Assembly (NCBI RefSeq): GCF_000016745.1
Contig: NC_009483.1
Coordinates: 4,530,001 to 4,562,000, forward strand
Direction of reading: 5' to 3'
Length of the DNA: 32,000 bases
From: Geotalea uraniireducens Rf4
GTDB taxonomy: Bacteria > Desulfobacterota > Desulfuromonadia > Geobacterales > Geobacteraceae
Part shown: positions 23,088-31,659 of the stretch, piece after piece
Layout of the letters: the number at the start of each line of letters is the position of its first letter
Numbering within the stretch: the first letter of the stretch is position 1
Program-made: the position numbers and the translations under genes
The notes under the pieces: model-generated
The model's database searches: none
Told to the model about the DNA's origin: nothing
Seen by the model: only the letters and a program-made list of their open reading frames with translations

Positions 23088-25766
23088 TCAGTGGGCCTCG
23101 CTCCAGTTCCTGCCGAAGTTCATATCCACCCTGAGCGGTACGCGCAGAGTAACAGCGTGCTCCATTTCGTGTTTCACGAGCATCTCCATCGCCAGCTTTT
23201 CCTCTTCCGGCACCTCGAACACCAATTCGTCGTGGACCTGCATGATGAGACGGCTTTTCATCCCCTCCCGCTCCATCCGGTCAACCACGCGCACCATCGC
23301 CTGCTTGATGATATCGGCCGCCGACCCCTGGATCGGATAGTTGACGGCGTTCCGCTGGGCAAAGGCCCGAATGTTGCCGTTTGAACTCTTGATATCCGGG
23401 ATGGGAAGGCGCCGGCCAAGAATAGTGGTAACGTACCCATTATCCTCCGCCTCCCGGACACAGCCGTCAAGAAAGGTCCGGGCGCCTGCGTGACGGGCAA
23501 AGTAGTTGTCGATGAATTCCTTTGCCACCTTCGTCGATACGCCGAGCTCCCTGGCCAGGCTGAAGGCTCCCTGGCCGTAGATTACGCCAAAATTGATGGT
23601 CTTGGCCTGGCGACGCATCTCCTGGGTAACCATCTGGGGGAAGAGGCCGAACACTTCGGCGGCGGTCCGGGTATGGATGTCCTCGTCCCTGGCAAAAGCG
23701 TCACAGAAGACCCGGTCCGCCGACAGGTGGGCCAGAACCCGCAGTTCGATCTGTGAATAGTCGGCGGAAAGGAGGAGGCACCCCTCCGCGGCAATGAAGG
23801 CATGGCGGATGCTGCGACCTTCTTCCGAGCGGATCGGGATGTTCTGCAGATTCGGCTCCGACGAAGAGAGTCGACCTGTATTGGTCACCGCCTGGTTGTA
23901 AGAGGTATGGACCCGCCCCGATGCAGCATCGACGAGCTTGGGCAGGGCATCGGTATAGGTGGACTTCAGCTTGGACAGGCTCCGGTACTGGAGGATCAGC
24001 CGGGCAATCTCGTGCTCCCCGGCCAGCCGTTCCAGTTCGTCTACATTGGTCGACCAGCCGGTTTTGGTCTTGGTCTTTTTGCCGACCTGCAGTTGCAAGC
24101 GCTCAAAAAGGACCTCCCCCAGCTGCTTCGGCGAGTTGACATTGAACTCTCCCCCGGCCAGGGCGAAGATCTCTCGCTCCAAGTCGGCAAGCTGGCCGCC
24201 GAATCCGTCTGAGAGGCGCTGCAAAAGCGGCAGGTCGAGCTTTACCCCGTACAGCTCCATCTCGGCCAGGATCTTGACCAGCGGCATCTCCAGCTCGAAA
24301 AAGAGCCGTTCCATCCCTGACTCGGCAAGCCTCGGCAAGAAGAGCTTGTGCAGGAGATAGGTGGCATCGGCGTCTTCGCAGGAATAGACCGACGCTTTCT
24401 CCACTTCGACCTGGGCGAAGTTCTTCTGTTCCTTCCCCTTGCCGGCCACCTCGGCATAGGAAATCATCCTGTGATCGAGAAATTCCACTGCCAGCGAATC
24501 AAGCCCCTGGCTGGTGCGGGTCGGGTTGAGCAGATAGGAGGCGAGCATGGTGTCGCACCAGATCCCCTGCATATCGATCCCGGCCCGGCGCAACACCTGG
24601 TAATCGTACTTGATGTTCTGACCGATCTTGTGCTTCTCCGGATCGAGCAGTAGCGGCTTGAGTGCTCCGAGTACATCGTCGCGGGAGAGCTGGTGCGGCG
24701 CCCCCGGATAGCGGTGGCCGACCGGGATATAGTACGCCTCATGCTCGCGGAAAGAGAAGGAGATGCCGACGATCTCCGCTTCGAGCGGGTTGAGACTCGT
24801 GGTTTCCAGGTCAACGGCAAAGGCCCGGACGGCGGTCAATTGCCGGACAAGGGCCGTGAAATCGTCGGAGGAGAGAACGGTCCGGTAATCTTCCGCCGAG
24901 AGGGTCGCCTCACTGGTCAACTCCTTCATCAGCGTCGTGAATCCGTATTCCTTGAACAATTCCGCCAGCCGCCGGTTGTCCTGCGGAGACGCGGCAAAGT
25001 CGTCGTAAGACCAGGCCAAAGGGACATGACAATCGATGGTTGCAAGCCTCCGCGAGAGACGAGCCTGCTCAGCAAATTCCTGCAGACGCTCGCCGGTCTT
25101 TCCCTTCACCTCATTGGCCCGCGCCAGGAGCTCATCCAGCGAACCGAAATCGTTTACCAGTTTGATCGCCGTCTTTTCGCCGATACCGGGAACACCGGGA
25201 ATATTGTCGGAAGAGTCGCCGGCCAGGCCGAGGATGTCGATAACCCGCTCAGAACCAACTCCGAACCGCTCAACCACCTCGGCAGGCCCCGAAACCTTGT
25301 CCTTCATGGTATCCAGAAGCGTGACGTTGTCGCTGACGATCTGCATCAGATCCTTGTCGCCGGTCACTACCACCGCGGCCATCCCCTTCTCTTCACAATC
25401 GCGGGCGATGGTGCCGATAATGTCGTCGGCCTCGAAACCGGCCAACTCGAGCGCCGGGATGTTGAAAGCCCGCACCGCCTCCTTGATCGGCTCAATCTGC
25501 TGCCGCAGGTCGTCAGGCATGGCAGCGCGGTTTGCCTTGTAGTCGGCATAGATTTCGTTGCGGAAGGTCTGCCGGCCGGCGTCGAAAATCACGGCGAGAT
25601 GGTCCGGTTTTTTCTCCTTGATCACCTTCAAAAGCATCTGGATGAAGCCATAGAGCGCATTGGTGGGGAACCCTTTCGGCGAAGAAAGATGGCGAATCGC
25701 ATAGTAAGCCCGGTAGATGTATGATGAGCCGTCGATGAGATAGATGGTTGGTTTTTCCGACATCAT
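23088..25766 (-). CDS. polA: DNA polymerase I
   Basis: 892 aa with a 5'-3' exonuclease N-terminus ('IYLIDGSSYIYRAYYA'), a 3'-5' exonuclease domain and polymerase motifs ('LLSADYSQIELRVLAH', 'QVHDELVFEV'). Confidence 0.95.
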   Translation of the reverse strand: MMSEKPTIYLIDGSSYIYRAYYAIRHLSSPKGFPTNALYGFIQMLLKVIKEKKPDHLAVIFDAGRQTFRNEIYADYKANRAAMPDDLRQQIEPIKEAVRAFNIPALELAGFEADDIIGTIARDCEEKGMAAVVVTGDKDLMQIVSDNVTLLDTMKDKVSGPAEVVERFGVGSERVIDILGLAGDSSDNIPGVPGIGEKTAIKLVNDFGSLDELLARANEVKGKTGERLQEFAEQARLSRRLATIDCHVPLAWSYDDFAASPQDNRRLAELFKEYGFTTLMKELTSEATLSAEDYRTVLSSDDFTALVRQLTAVRAFAVDLETTSLNPLEAEIVGISFSFREHEAYYIPVGHRYPGAPHQLSRDDVLGALKPLLLDPEKHKIGQNIKYDYQVLRRAGIDMQGIWCDTMLASYLLNPTRTSQGLDSLAVEFLDHRMISYAEVAGKGKEQKNFAQVEVEKASVYSCEDADATYLLHKLFLPRLAESGMERLFFELEMPLVKILAEMELYGVKLDLPLLQRLSDGFGGQLADLEREIFALAGGEFNVNSPKQLGEVLFERLQLQVGKKTKTKTGWSTNVDELERLAGEHEIARLILQYRSLSKLKSTYTDALPKLVDAASGRVHTSYNQAVTNTGRLSSSEPNLQNIPIRSEEGRSIRHAFIAAEGCLLLSADYSQIELRVLAHLSADRVFCDAFARDEDIHTRTAAEVFGLFPQMVTQEMRRQAKTINFGVIYGQGAFSLARELGVSTKVAKEFIDNYFARHAGARTFLDGCVREAEDNGYVTTILGRRLPIPDIKSSNGNIRAFAQRNAVNYPIQGSAADIIKQAMVRVVDRMEREGMKSRLIMQVHDELVFEVPEEEKLAMEMLVKHEMEHAVTLRVPLRVDMNFGRNWSEAH

Positions 25767-25939
25767 TTCACCTCTTCCCGGGTGAAGATGACAAAGGCCA
25801 TGCTCGGCCGTTTGCTCGACTCGCGCATGGCGAACTGCATGCCGTCAAAACGCCAACCCTTGGCCGTCCACTCGTTTAAAATCTCCTCCAGCGTATCTTC
25901 CGCCACGGAACTCACTTCCACAACCTTATAAACCGGCAT
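25763..25939 (-). CDS. DUF4177-like small protein, translationally coupled to polA
   Basis: MPVYKVVEVSS...LNEWTAKGWRFDGMQF... GAGGTGG RBS. The stop overlaps the polA start (ATGA). Confidence 0.55.
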   Translation of the reverse strand: MPVYKVVEVSSVAEDTLEEILNEWTAKGWRFDGMQFAMRESSKRPSMAFVIFTREEVK

Positions 25940-26165
25940 CCGCCACCTCATGCTTGAATTTCCGGGAATATTAGCCGATAACTCCCCGCTCTTCAAGGGG
26001 AATAATACAGCCATTGCCTCACTTCCGGCTTGCGCCGAACTGCGCGCCAAAATGCTGTTGCATCCGATTGAAAAACTGATATCATGTCAGAAAAAGCGAA
26101 GGGAGGTGCCGACAAGCATCACAGCTGCAACGCAACCAGGAATCATAACAAAAAGGGGAGTCAGT

Positions 26166-26339
26166 ATGACAGAGCGAGAAGTGGAAGAAATCGATCAACT
26201 GGCAAATGAGGCGGAAGTAACCCTTAAATATGACTACGACAAGAAGGATCAGAAGGAAAAGAGGGCGATGACGAAACAGACCCTTTACGACGGCTCAAAA
26301 AAACTGAAACACAGCGTACCTAAAGGAAAAAGGGTATAA
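26166..26339 (+). CDS. Hypothetical small charged protein (57 aa)
   Basis: ATG 26166 is preceded by AAAGGGGAG. The sequence is Lys/Glu-rich and I recognise no family for it. Confidence 0.35.
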   Translation: MTEREVEEIDQLANEAEVTLKYDYDKKDQKEKRAMTKQTLYDGSKKLKHSVPKGKRV

Positions 26340-26380
26340 AGCCTGAAAATTCAGATAATTGAATAGATACCAATCAGAGA

Positions 26381-26413
26381 GGGGGAGAAGGCGTTACATG
26401 CGTCTTCTCCCCC
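26381..26413 (+). terminator. GC-rich hairpin (GGGGGAGAAG...CTTCTCCCCC) downstream of the small ORF
   Basis: 10-bp perfect stem. The downstream U-run is poor (TTGACATT), so termination is uncertain. Confidence 0.35.
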
Positions 26414-26441
26414 TTGACATTGGAAAGATGCTGCTTATTTT
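26413..26441 (+). promoter_or_regulatory. Promoter candidate for hsp20 (sigma32-like CCCCCTTGACA -35; also readable as sigma70 TTGACA-N16-TATTTT)
   Basis: 'TCTCCCCCTTGAC' resembles the extended sigma32 -35 element TCTCnCCCTTGAA. The -10 match (GCTTATTT) is only partial. Confidence 0.3.
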
Positions 26442-26459
26442 TACGTAAAATGATCTAAT

Positions 26460-26579
26460 CCAATTTCAAATCAAGGATGAAATCAAGGCGGCGAGGAGTG
26501 AGGCGACGAAGGCGTACAACTGCGTACGTTGAGGAGCCGAAGACGAGCCAACGAAGATAGCGCCTTGATTTGAAATTGG
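26460..26579. repeat. 120-nt element bounded by perfect 17-bp terminal inverted repeats (ccaatttcaaatcaagg / ccttgatttgaaattgg); MITE-like or a structured 5' UTR
   Basis: The inverted repeats were read directly. The internal 46-mer recurs at 1706-1751. The element ends 3 nt before the hsp20 Shine-Dalgarno AAGGAGG. Confidence 0.7.
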
Positions 26580-26598
26580 AATAAGGAGGAGGCAACCC

Positions 26599-27042
26599 AT
26601 GGCAATCGTCAAGTATAACCCTTTCAAAGACCTGAGAACCATGCAGGAAGAGATGAACCACCTGCTGGACCTGGCCTGGAACAGGGAATCCGGCGAGGAT
26701 TTGAAAGAAGGAATCTGGCAGCCGCCGGTCGATATTTACGAAGATCGGGATTCGGTGGTTATCAAGGCGGAAGTGCCGGATATCGACCAGAAGGATATTG
26801 AAGTAAAAATCGAGAACAACACCCTGACCCTGCGCGGCGAGAGAAAACAGAACCTGGAAGTGAAAAAGGAGAACTACCACCGGGTCGAACGCTATTTCGG
26901 CACCTTTCAGCGCAGCTTCACCCTGCCACATACCATCGACCAGGAGAAGGTCGAGGCAGTCTGCGACAAAGGGGTATTGACCGTTGTCCTGCCGAAGAAA
27001 GAGGAAACCAAGCCGAAGCAGATCAAGGTGGAAGTGAAATAG
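26599..27042 (+). CDS. Small heat-shock protein (Hsp20/alpha-crystallin family)
   Basis: 'PPVDIYEDRDSVVIKAEVPDIDQKDIEVKIENNTLTLRGERK...ERYFGTFQRSFTLP...A..DKGVLTVVLPK'. Confidence 0.92.
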   Translation: MAIVKYNPFKDLRTMQEEMNHLLDLAWNRESGEDLKEGIWQPPVDIYEDRDSVVIKAEVPDIDQKDIEVKIENNTLTLRGERKQNLEVKKENYHRVERYFGTFQRSFTLPHTIDQEKVEAVCDKGVLTVVLPKKEETKPKQIKVEVK

Positions 27043-27114
27043 GCAGGTTAAAGGATAAAGGTCAAAGGTAAAAGGCTCGAGGAAACAAGGATCGGGTCGA
27101 GGTTCTCCTCGAAC

Positions 27115-27942
27115 CTATTGCCTCGATCCTCGTTCCTCTCCAACTTCGTTCATGCTTCCTGTCCGGTATCCCTCCAGATCCAGCGCCACATAGGTAAAAC
27201 CGGCCCCTTTGAAAAACTCCACCACGGAATGGCGCATTTCCGCTTCCAGAAAGCGCGCCATATCCTTTTCCGCCAGCTCGATCCGGGCGGTTTCATTGTG
27301 GAATCTCACCCGGTAGACCGCAAAGCCTTTTTCCTTGAGAAACTCCTCGCACGATTCAACCATCGCCAGCCGCTCAGAAGTTATCTGCACCCCGTAGGGG
27401 AAACGGCTGGCAAGACAGGCATACGGCTGCTTGTCCCAGGTGGGGAGACCGAGTTCTCGGCTCAACCCGCGGATATCGTCCTTGGACAGACCCGCCTCCA
27501 GCAAGGGACTCCGCACCTTCAGCTCCCCCACCGCCCTCCGCCCAGGCCGGTAATCACCCAGGTCATCGGTATTGCTGCCGTCGGCAATGCAGGCGTATCC
27601 CTCCAATGCAGCCTTTTCCACGCAGAGCTGAAACAGCTCTTTCTTGCAGTGATAGCAACGATCCCTCGGATTTTCGGCAAACCCGGGAATTTCGAGCTCG
27701 TTCGATTCCATCACGATCTGCCTGGCGCCGATTTCCCTCGCCAGTGAAACCGCCTGCCGAAACTCCGATTCGGGATAGGTGGGTGAAGTGGCGGTGATGG
27801 CGCAGGCCTTGTCGCCCAGCACGTCATGGGCCACCTTGAGGAGAAAGGTGGAGTCCACCCCGCCGGAGAAGGCGATCAGCACGGAGCCCATCTCCCGCAG
27901 GAGCCCCTTGAGTTTCTCGTATTTCAAGTGCAATTCATCCAT
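27115..27942 (-). CDS. LarE-like PP-loop ATP pyrophosphatase / sulfur transferase (TIGR00268-type)
   Basis: PP-loop 'AFSGGVDST', with 'CYHC' and 'ACLASRFPYG' cysteines. Start chosen at MDELHLKYE (ATG 27942, GAGG RBS). Confidence 0.7.
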   Translation of the reverse strand: MDELHLKYEKLKGLLREMGSVLIAFSGGVDSTFLLKVAHDVLGDKACAITATSPTYPESEFRQAVSLAREIGARQIVMESNELEIPGFAENPRDRCYHCKKELFQLCVEKAALEGYACIADGSNTDDLGDYRPGRRAVGELKVRSPLLEAGLSKDDIRGLSRELGLPTWDKQPYACLASRFPYGVQITSERLAMVESCEEFLKEKGFAVYRVRFHNETARIELAEKDMARFLEAEMRHSVVEFFKGAGFTYVALDLEGYRTGSMNEVGEERGSRQ

Positions 27943-27949
27943 AGCAGAC

Positions 27950-27980
27950 CTCAATAAAGAACGGCCCGTAAGAACGGGCC
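27950..27980 (-). terminator. Intrinsic terminator after cysK (GGCCCGUUCUUACGGGCC + GUUCUUUAUU)
   Basis: 7-bp GC stem followed by a U-rich tail, 43 nt downstream of the cysK stop. Confidence 0.55.
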
Positions 27981-28022
27981 GCCTCTGACAGATGTATAAC
28001 GGCATGGAAAAGCTCCGGCCGT

Positions 28023-28946
28023 TTAGTCGAACACGCCCGTTGAGAGGTAGCGCTCACCCGTATCCGGCAGAATAACCACGACGTTTTTCCCCTTGCCGAG
28101 TTTTTCCGCCATCTGGATTCCGGCGACCAGCGCCGCGCCGGACGATATCCCCACCAAAAGCCCCGCTTCCATGGCCAGCCTTTTGGTGGCGGTGTAGGCA
28201 GCATCATTGGAGACCCGAATGATTTCATCGTAGATCTTCGTGTTCAGCACATCCGGGACGAAGCCGGCCCCGATCCCCTGGATCTTGTGCGGGCCGGGTT
28301 CTCCGCCCGACAAAATGGCTGAATCCGCGGGCTCAACCGCCCCTATGTGCACCGCCGGATTATGTTTTTTCAGAACATCGCCGACCCCGGTGATGGTGCC
28401 GCCGGTGCCGACCCCCGCCACGAAGCCGTCAATGGAAAGCCCATCCATCCCTTTTATGATCTCCGGCCCGGTGGTCCTGCGATGGACCTCGGGGTTTGCC
28501 GGGTTCTTGAACTGCTGCGGAAGGAAGTAGCCATGGGCAGCAGCCAGCTCTTCAGCCTTTTGCACTGCGCCGCGCATCCCCTGGGCGCCCGGCGTCAGGA
28601 CCAATTCCGCACCGTAGGCGGCCAGCAGGCGCCGCCGCTCGATGGTCATGGTGTCCGGCATGGTAAGGATGAGTTTATAGCCTTTAACTGTGCAGACCAT
28701 GGAGAGGCCGATGCCGGTATTGCCGCTCGTAGGTTCGATAACCGTGGCACCGGGCTTCAGGCAGCCGTCCTTCTCCGCAGCCTCGATCATGGACAAACAG
28801 ATACGGTCCTTGATGCTCCCGCCGGGGTTGAAAGCTTCCACCTTGCCCCAGATAGCCGCTGAACCCTTCTTTTCAAACTGGGAGAGCCTCACCAGAGGCG
28901 TGTTCCCTATCTGCGCAATGACGTCTTCACTTCTCGATACCGGCAT
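28023..28946 (-). CDS. cysK: Cysteine synthase A (O-acetylserine sulfhydrylase)
   Basis: 'NPGGSIKDR' (PLP lysine), '[10 protein letters not shown]' and '[11 protein letters not shown]'. 307 aa. AAGGAG RBS. Confidence 0.92.
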   Translation of the reverse strand: MPVSRSEDVIAQIGNTPLVRLSQFEKKGSAAIWGKVEAFNPGGSIKDRICLSMIEAAEKDGCLKPGATVIEPTSGNTGIGLSMVCTVKGYKLILTMPDTMTIERRRLLAAYGAELVLTPGAQGMRGAVQKAEELAAAHGYFLPQQFKNPANPEVHRRTTGPEIIKGMDGLSIDGFVAGVGTGGTITGVGDVLKKHNPAVHIGAVEPADSAILSGGEPGPHKIQGIGAGFVPDVLNTKIYDEIIRVSNDAAYTATKRLAMEAGLLVGISSGAALVAGIQMAEKLGKGKNVVVILPDTGERYLSTGVFD

Positions 28947-29042
28947 AATGATCTCCTTAACATGAATGTTGCCGCGGCACGGTAAAAAGTTCCAAATGCA
29001 AGGCGCGCAACGCAGCAGATGGACTTTTTTGGCGAAGCCGCT

Positions 29043-29507
29043 TCATATGAAATACATGAATCGGTGGTCCTGCTCCCGCTTGATCCCCATGGCCTGTCCC
29101 CTCTCGCAGAGGGTTTTCAGGGTTATGGAGGCAAATAATTCGTTCAGTTTTGCGTTCGCCTCCTCCCAGACGGTCTGGGTAACACAACTCCCGTCAAAAG
29201 CGCACTCGCCCTTCTTTTTTTTGCTGCCGGCGCAATCCACCAGCATCGTATCCCCTTCCGTCGCCTGGATTATATCCTTAACGGTTATCTCTTCGGGATT
29301 TTTGGCCAGACAGTATCCTCCCTGGGGACCGCGCTTGCTTTTCAGTATCCCCTTTCTCTTCAGCGACTGGAAGATCTGTTCCAAGTAACGCGGAGAGATT
29401 TCCTGACGCCGGGATATATCCTGAATCTGAGCCGGGAGGTTCCCGGAATTGTACGCAATATCAAAAAGTGCACGCAAACCGTAACGGCTTTTAGTAGAAA
29501 GCCTCAT
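29043..29507 (-). CDS. Rrf2-family transcriptional regulator (second paralogue) with a three-Cys segment
   Basis: 'MRLSTKSRYGLRALFDIA...ISRRQEISPRYLEQIFQSLKRKGILKSKRGPQGGYCL'. The cysteines are 'DCAGSKKKKGECAFDGSC'. The ATG at 29507 is preferred over the GTG at 29516. Confidence 0.85.
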   Translation of the reverse strand: MRLSTKSRYGLRALFDIAYNSGNLPAQIQDISRRQEISPRYLEQIFQSLKRKGILKSKRGPQGGYCLAKNPEEITVKDIIQATEGDTMLVDCAGSKKKKGECAFDGSCVTQTVWEEANAKLNELFASITLKTLCERGQAMGIKREQDHRFMYFI

Positions 29508-29536
29508 AAATTCCACCCCATTATTAAATTAGCAAA

Positions 29537-29565
29537 AATATACAATCCTTTACCTATTCCGTCAA
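29537..29565 (-). promoter_or_regulatory. Sigma70-like promoter TTGACG-N17-TATATT for the Rrf2-cysK unit
   Basis: The hexamers and the 17-nt spacer were read on the minus strand, about 30 nt upstream of the Rrf2 start. Confidence 0.45.
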
Positions 29566-29710
29566 GAACTTTAAAAAACAAGCGACAAAATTCACCACAC
29601 TCAAGCTACAGTTTAATTCCGCGGCTTATTTCTTAGATTTTTCCCATGCGTAAACTTCTGGATGTGAAACTGTTGATTTCTGAACCGGCAAGGAAATCAA
29701 GGGATGGGCA

Positions 29711-29732
29711 GAGGCGCACCTTGGTGCGCCTC
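29711..29732. repeat. Perfect palindrome GAGGCGCACC-TT-GGTGCGCCTC
   Basis: Read directly. It resembles the GGGCGCAC.../...GTGCGCCC arms of the REP-like repeats. Confidence 0.5.
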
Positions 29733-29859
29733 ACAAGCAAGCGTAGATCGAAGCCGCCACGGCGGACGGTCCCAACGGGATTGGACGGCGGTGGCAGCCC
29801 GAAGGGTGAGTCCGCAGGACGAATCAAAAGGACCGTTTTCCGGATGGGAACCGCTTATC

Positions 29860-30270
29860 TCACTTCAGATGACAAGTGAGACAAAGCCTGCTTCCATCGT
29901 TATTAACGGCAGGGTGTAGCGGCAGCGGATTTTTCAGGTCATGGCAGGAAATGCAGGTGATCTTCCCCTCATCAAGCTTTATCTGCGTCATTGTCACCTG
30001 CTCGACCGGCGCGTACGAGCTCTCTTTCCCCTCCGGGGGGTATGGTCTATCGACCGGATGAGAACCGCCGGTGAGGCAATTAATCCCGAGACAGTTGGAA
30101 ACGGATTTTGCCGCCGTCCCATCATGACAGGTGAGGCATTCCATGGCAACGCCCTGAGCATTGACCACATATCCGTGATGATCCACTTGTTCGGCATAGG
30201 GAGACTTCAGCATCACGGCCATCAGGACCACGGCCAGCAACAGACTGAACAGATAGAGTATCTTTCGCAT
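29860..30270 (-). CDS. Tri-haem c-type cytochrome (periplasmic or membrane-anchored)
   Basis: Three CxxCH motifs (CLTCH, CISCH, CLTCH). Signal/anchor sequence MRKILYLFSLLLAVVLMAV. GGAGG RBS at ATG 30270. Confidence 0.8.
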   Translation of the reverse strand: MRKILYLFSLLLAVVLMAVMLKSPYAEQVDHHGYVVNAQGVAMECLTCHDGTAAKSVSNCLGINCLTGGSHPVDRPYPPEGKESSYAPVEQVTMTQIKLDEGKITCISCHDLKNPLPLHPAVNNDGSRLCLTCHLK

Positions 30271-30378
30271 ATCACTACCTCCACAATATGTCGATCCAGA
30301 TACATCGTCCCCCCATAGCATTAGTCAATCTAAGTTTATCACCCCATATCCCATGTGCAATCTCTGGATGCAGCAATG

Positions 30379-30588
30379 TCACCAGTGCCTCTCCGGCGGC
30401 GCTGTCCGCCCCGTCAGTCTGATTTCCCCATCCGTCACCTGAAAGGTGTCCCCATACTGGTTGGTCCATTTGTCCCCTTCTTCAAGAGGATAAGGGACCT
30501 CGCGGCTGCCGAGAAACACCTCGTCTTCACCGATATAGGCAAACCATTCAAGATTGCCGGTCATCCATATTGTATTTTTTATCTCCAT
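30379..30588 (-). CDS. Hypothetical 69-aa protein upstream of the cytochrome
   Basis: A GGAGG RBS lies 7 nt before the ATG. I recognise no family for it. Confidence 0.45.
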   Translation of the reverse strand: MEIKNTIWMTGNLEWFAYIGEDEVFLGSREVPYPLEEGDKWTNQYGDTFQVTDGEIRLTGRTAPPERHW

Positions 30589-30732
30589 TGAAAAACCTCC
30601 GTAGTGTTGTTGATTGATAGTACTACAGTGTGACCGGGTCAGGCAACTCCGCTTTTTACTTGTTGCCGGGTCAAGTTTTTGCTATTACATGGATTCTATT
30701 AGAAAAAACATGGATGAAAAGGGGTCATAGAT

Positions 30733-31569
30733 ATGAAATTCACCAAAATGCATGGCGCAGGCAACGACTATGTTTATGTGAACTGTTTTTCCGAGCGGGT
30801 GGACAACCCGGCGGACGTGGCAATCAAGGTGTCCAACCGCAATTTCGGCATCGGCTCCGACGGACTGATCCTCATCATGCCGTCCGACAAGGCGGATGTG
30901 CGGATGCGCATGTTCAACTCCGACGGCTCCGAATCGGAAATGTGCGGAAACGGCATCCGTTGCGTGGCAAAATATGCGTACGACCATGGCATTGTCGGCA
31001 AAAAAGAGATCTCCGCCGAGACAGGCGCAGGTATCTTGACCCTCCAACTCTTCACCAACGAGGCAAATAAGGTGGAAAAGGTCCGCGTCAATATGGGCAG
31101 GCCCCGCCTCACCCGCAGCGAAATCCCCATGACCGGAGAGGCTGGCGCAAAAGTGATCAATGAGCCGCTCAACATCCTTCACACCACATTCCACATCACC
31201 TGCGCATCCATGGGCAACCCCCACTGCGTGATCTTTGTCGACGACGTGGAGAACTTCCAGGTGGAAAAATACGGCCCTATCATCGAGAACCACGAGATAT
31301 TTCCCCGCCGCACCAACGTGGAATTCGTCCAGATCATCTCCCGCACCGAAGTGCGCCAGCGCACCTGGGAACGGGGCGCCGGCGAGACGCTCGCCTGCGG
31401 TACCGGCGCCAGCGCCGTCTGCGTGGCCGGCGCACTCAACGGACTGACGGAGAAGAAGATCCTCAACCACCTCTCAGGCGGCGACCTGGAGCTGGAATGG
31501 GCCGAAGACGGCTTCCTCTACATGACCGGCCCGGCGGTGGAAGTGTTCAGCGGAGAGATCGAGATTTAA
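30733..31569 (+). CDS. dapF: Diaminopimelate epimerase
   Basis: '[16 protein letters not shown]', '[16 protein letters not shown]' and '[10 protein letters not shown]', which carry both catalytic cysteines. Confidence 0.93.
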   Translation: MKFTKMHGAGNDYVYVNCFSERVDNPADVAIKVSNRNFGIGSDGLILIMPSDKADVRMRMFNSDGSESEMCGNGIRCVAKYAYDHGIVGKKEISAETGAGILTLQLFTNEANKVEKVRVNMGRPRLTRSEIPMTGEAGAKVINEPLNILHTTFHITCASMGNPHCVIFVDDVENFQVEKYGPIIENHEIFPRRTNVEFVQIISRTEVRQRTWERGAGETLACGTGASAVCVAGALNGLTEKKILNHLSGGDLELEWAEDGFLYMTGPAVEVFSGEIEI

Positions 31570-31571
31570 TC

Positions 31572-31650
31572 GTAGGGGCGCACCCATGTGTGCGCCCTGG
31601 TTTTCAACCATCGGATTCAGAACCGGGCAGACACATGGGTCTGCCCCTAC
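31572..31650. repeat. Paired REP-like palindromic hairpins (GTAGGGGCGCACCCATGTGTGCGCCC ... GGGCAGACACATGGGTCTGCCCCTAC)
   Basis: Same architecture as 14565-14634. It lies between dapF and the HIT gene. Confidence 0.75.
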
Positions 31651-31659
31651 AGGGTCCCC

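Noticed and set aside
29841-29857. An RNase P-like P4 3' strand resemblance ('GGGAACCGCTTATC' versus 'ACAGAACCCGGCTTATC').
   Set aside because: The matching P4 5' strand (GAGGAAAGTCCGGGC) is absent, and about 350 nt of the remaining RNase P architecture is missing.
29646-29879. A 77-aa ORF (MRKLLDVKLL...RRSKPPRRTVPTGLDGGGSP...) in the cytochrome/Rrf2 intergenic region.
   Set aside because: It has no RBS and is a basic, low-complexity sequence. It overlaps the 3' end of the cytochrome gene on the opposite strand. The region is better described as non-coding and structured.
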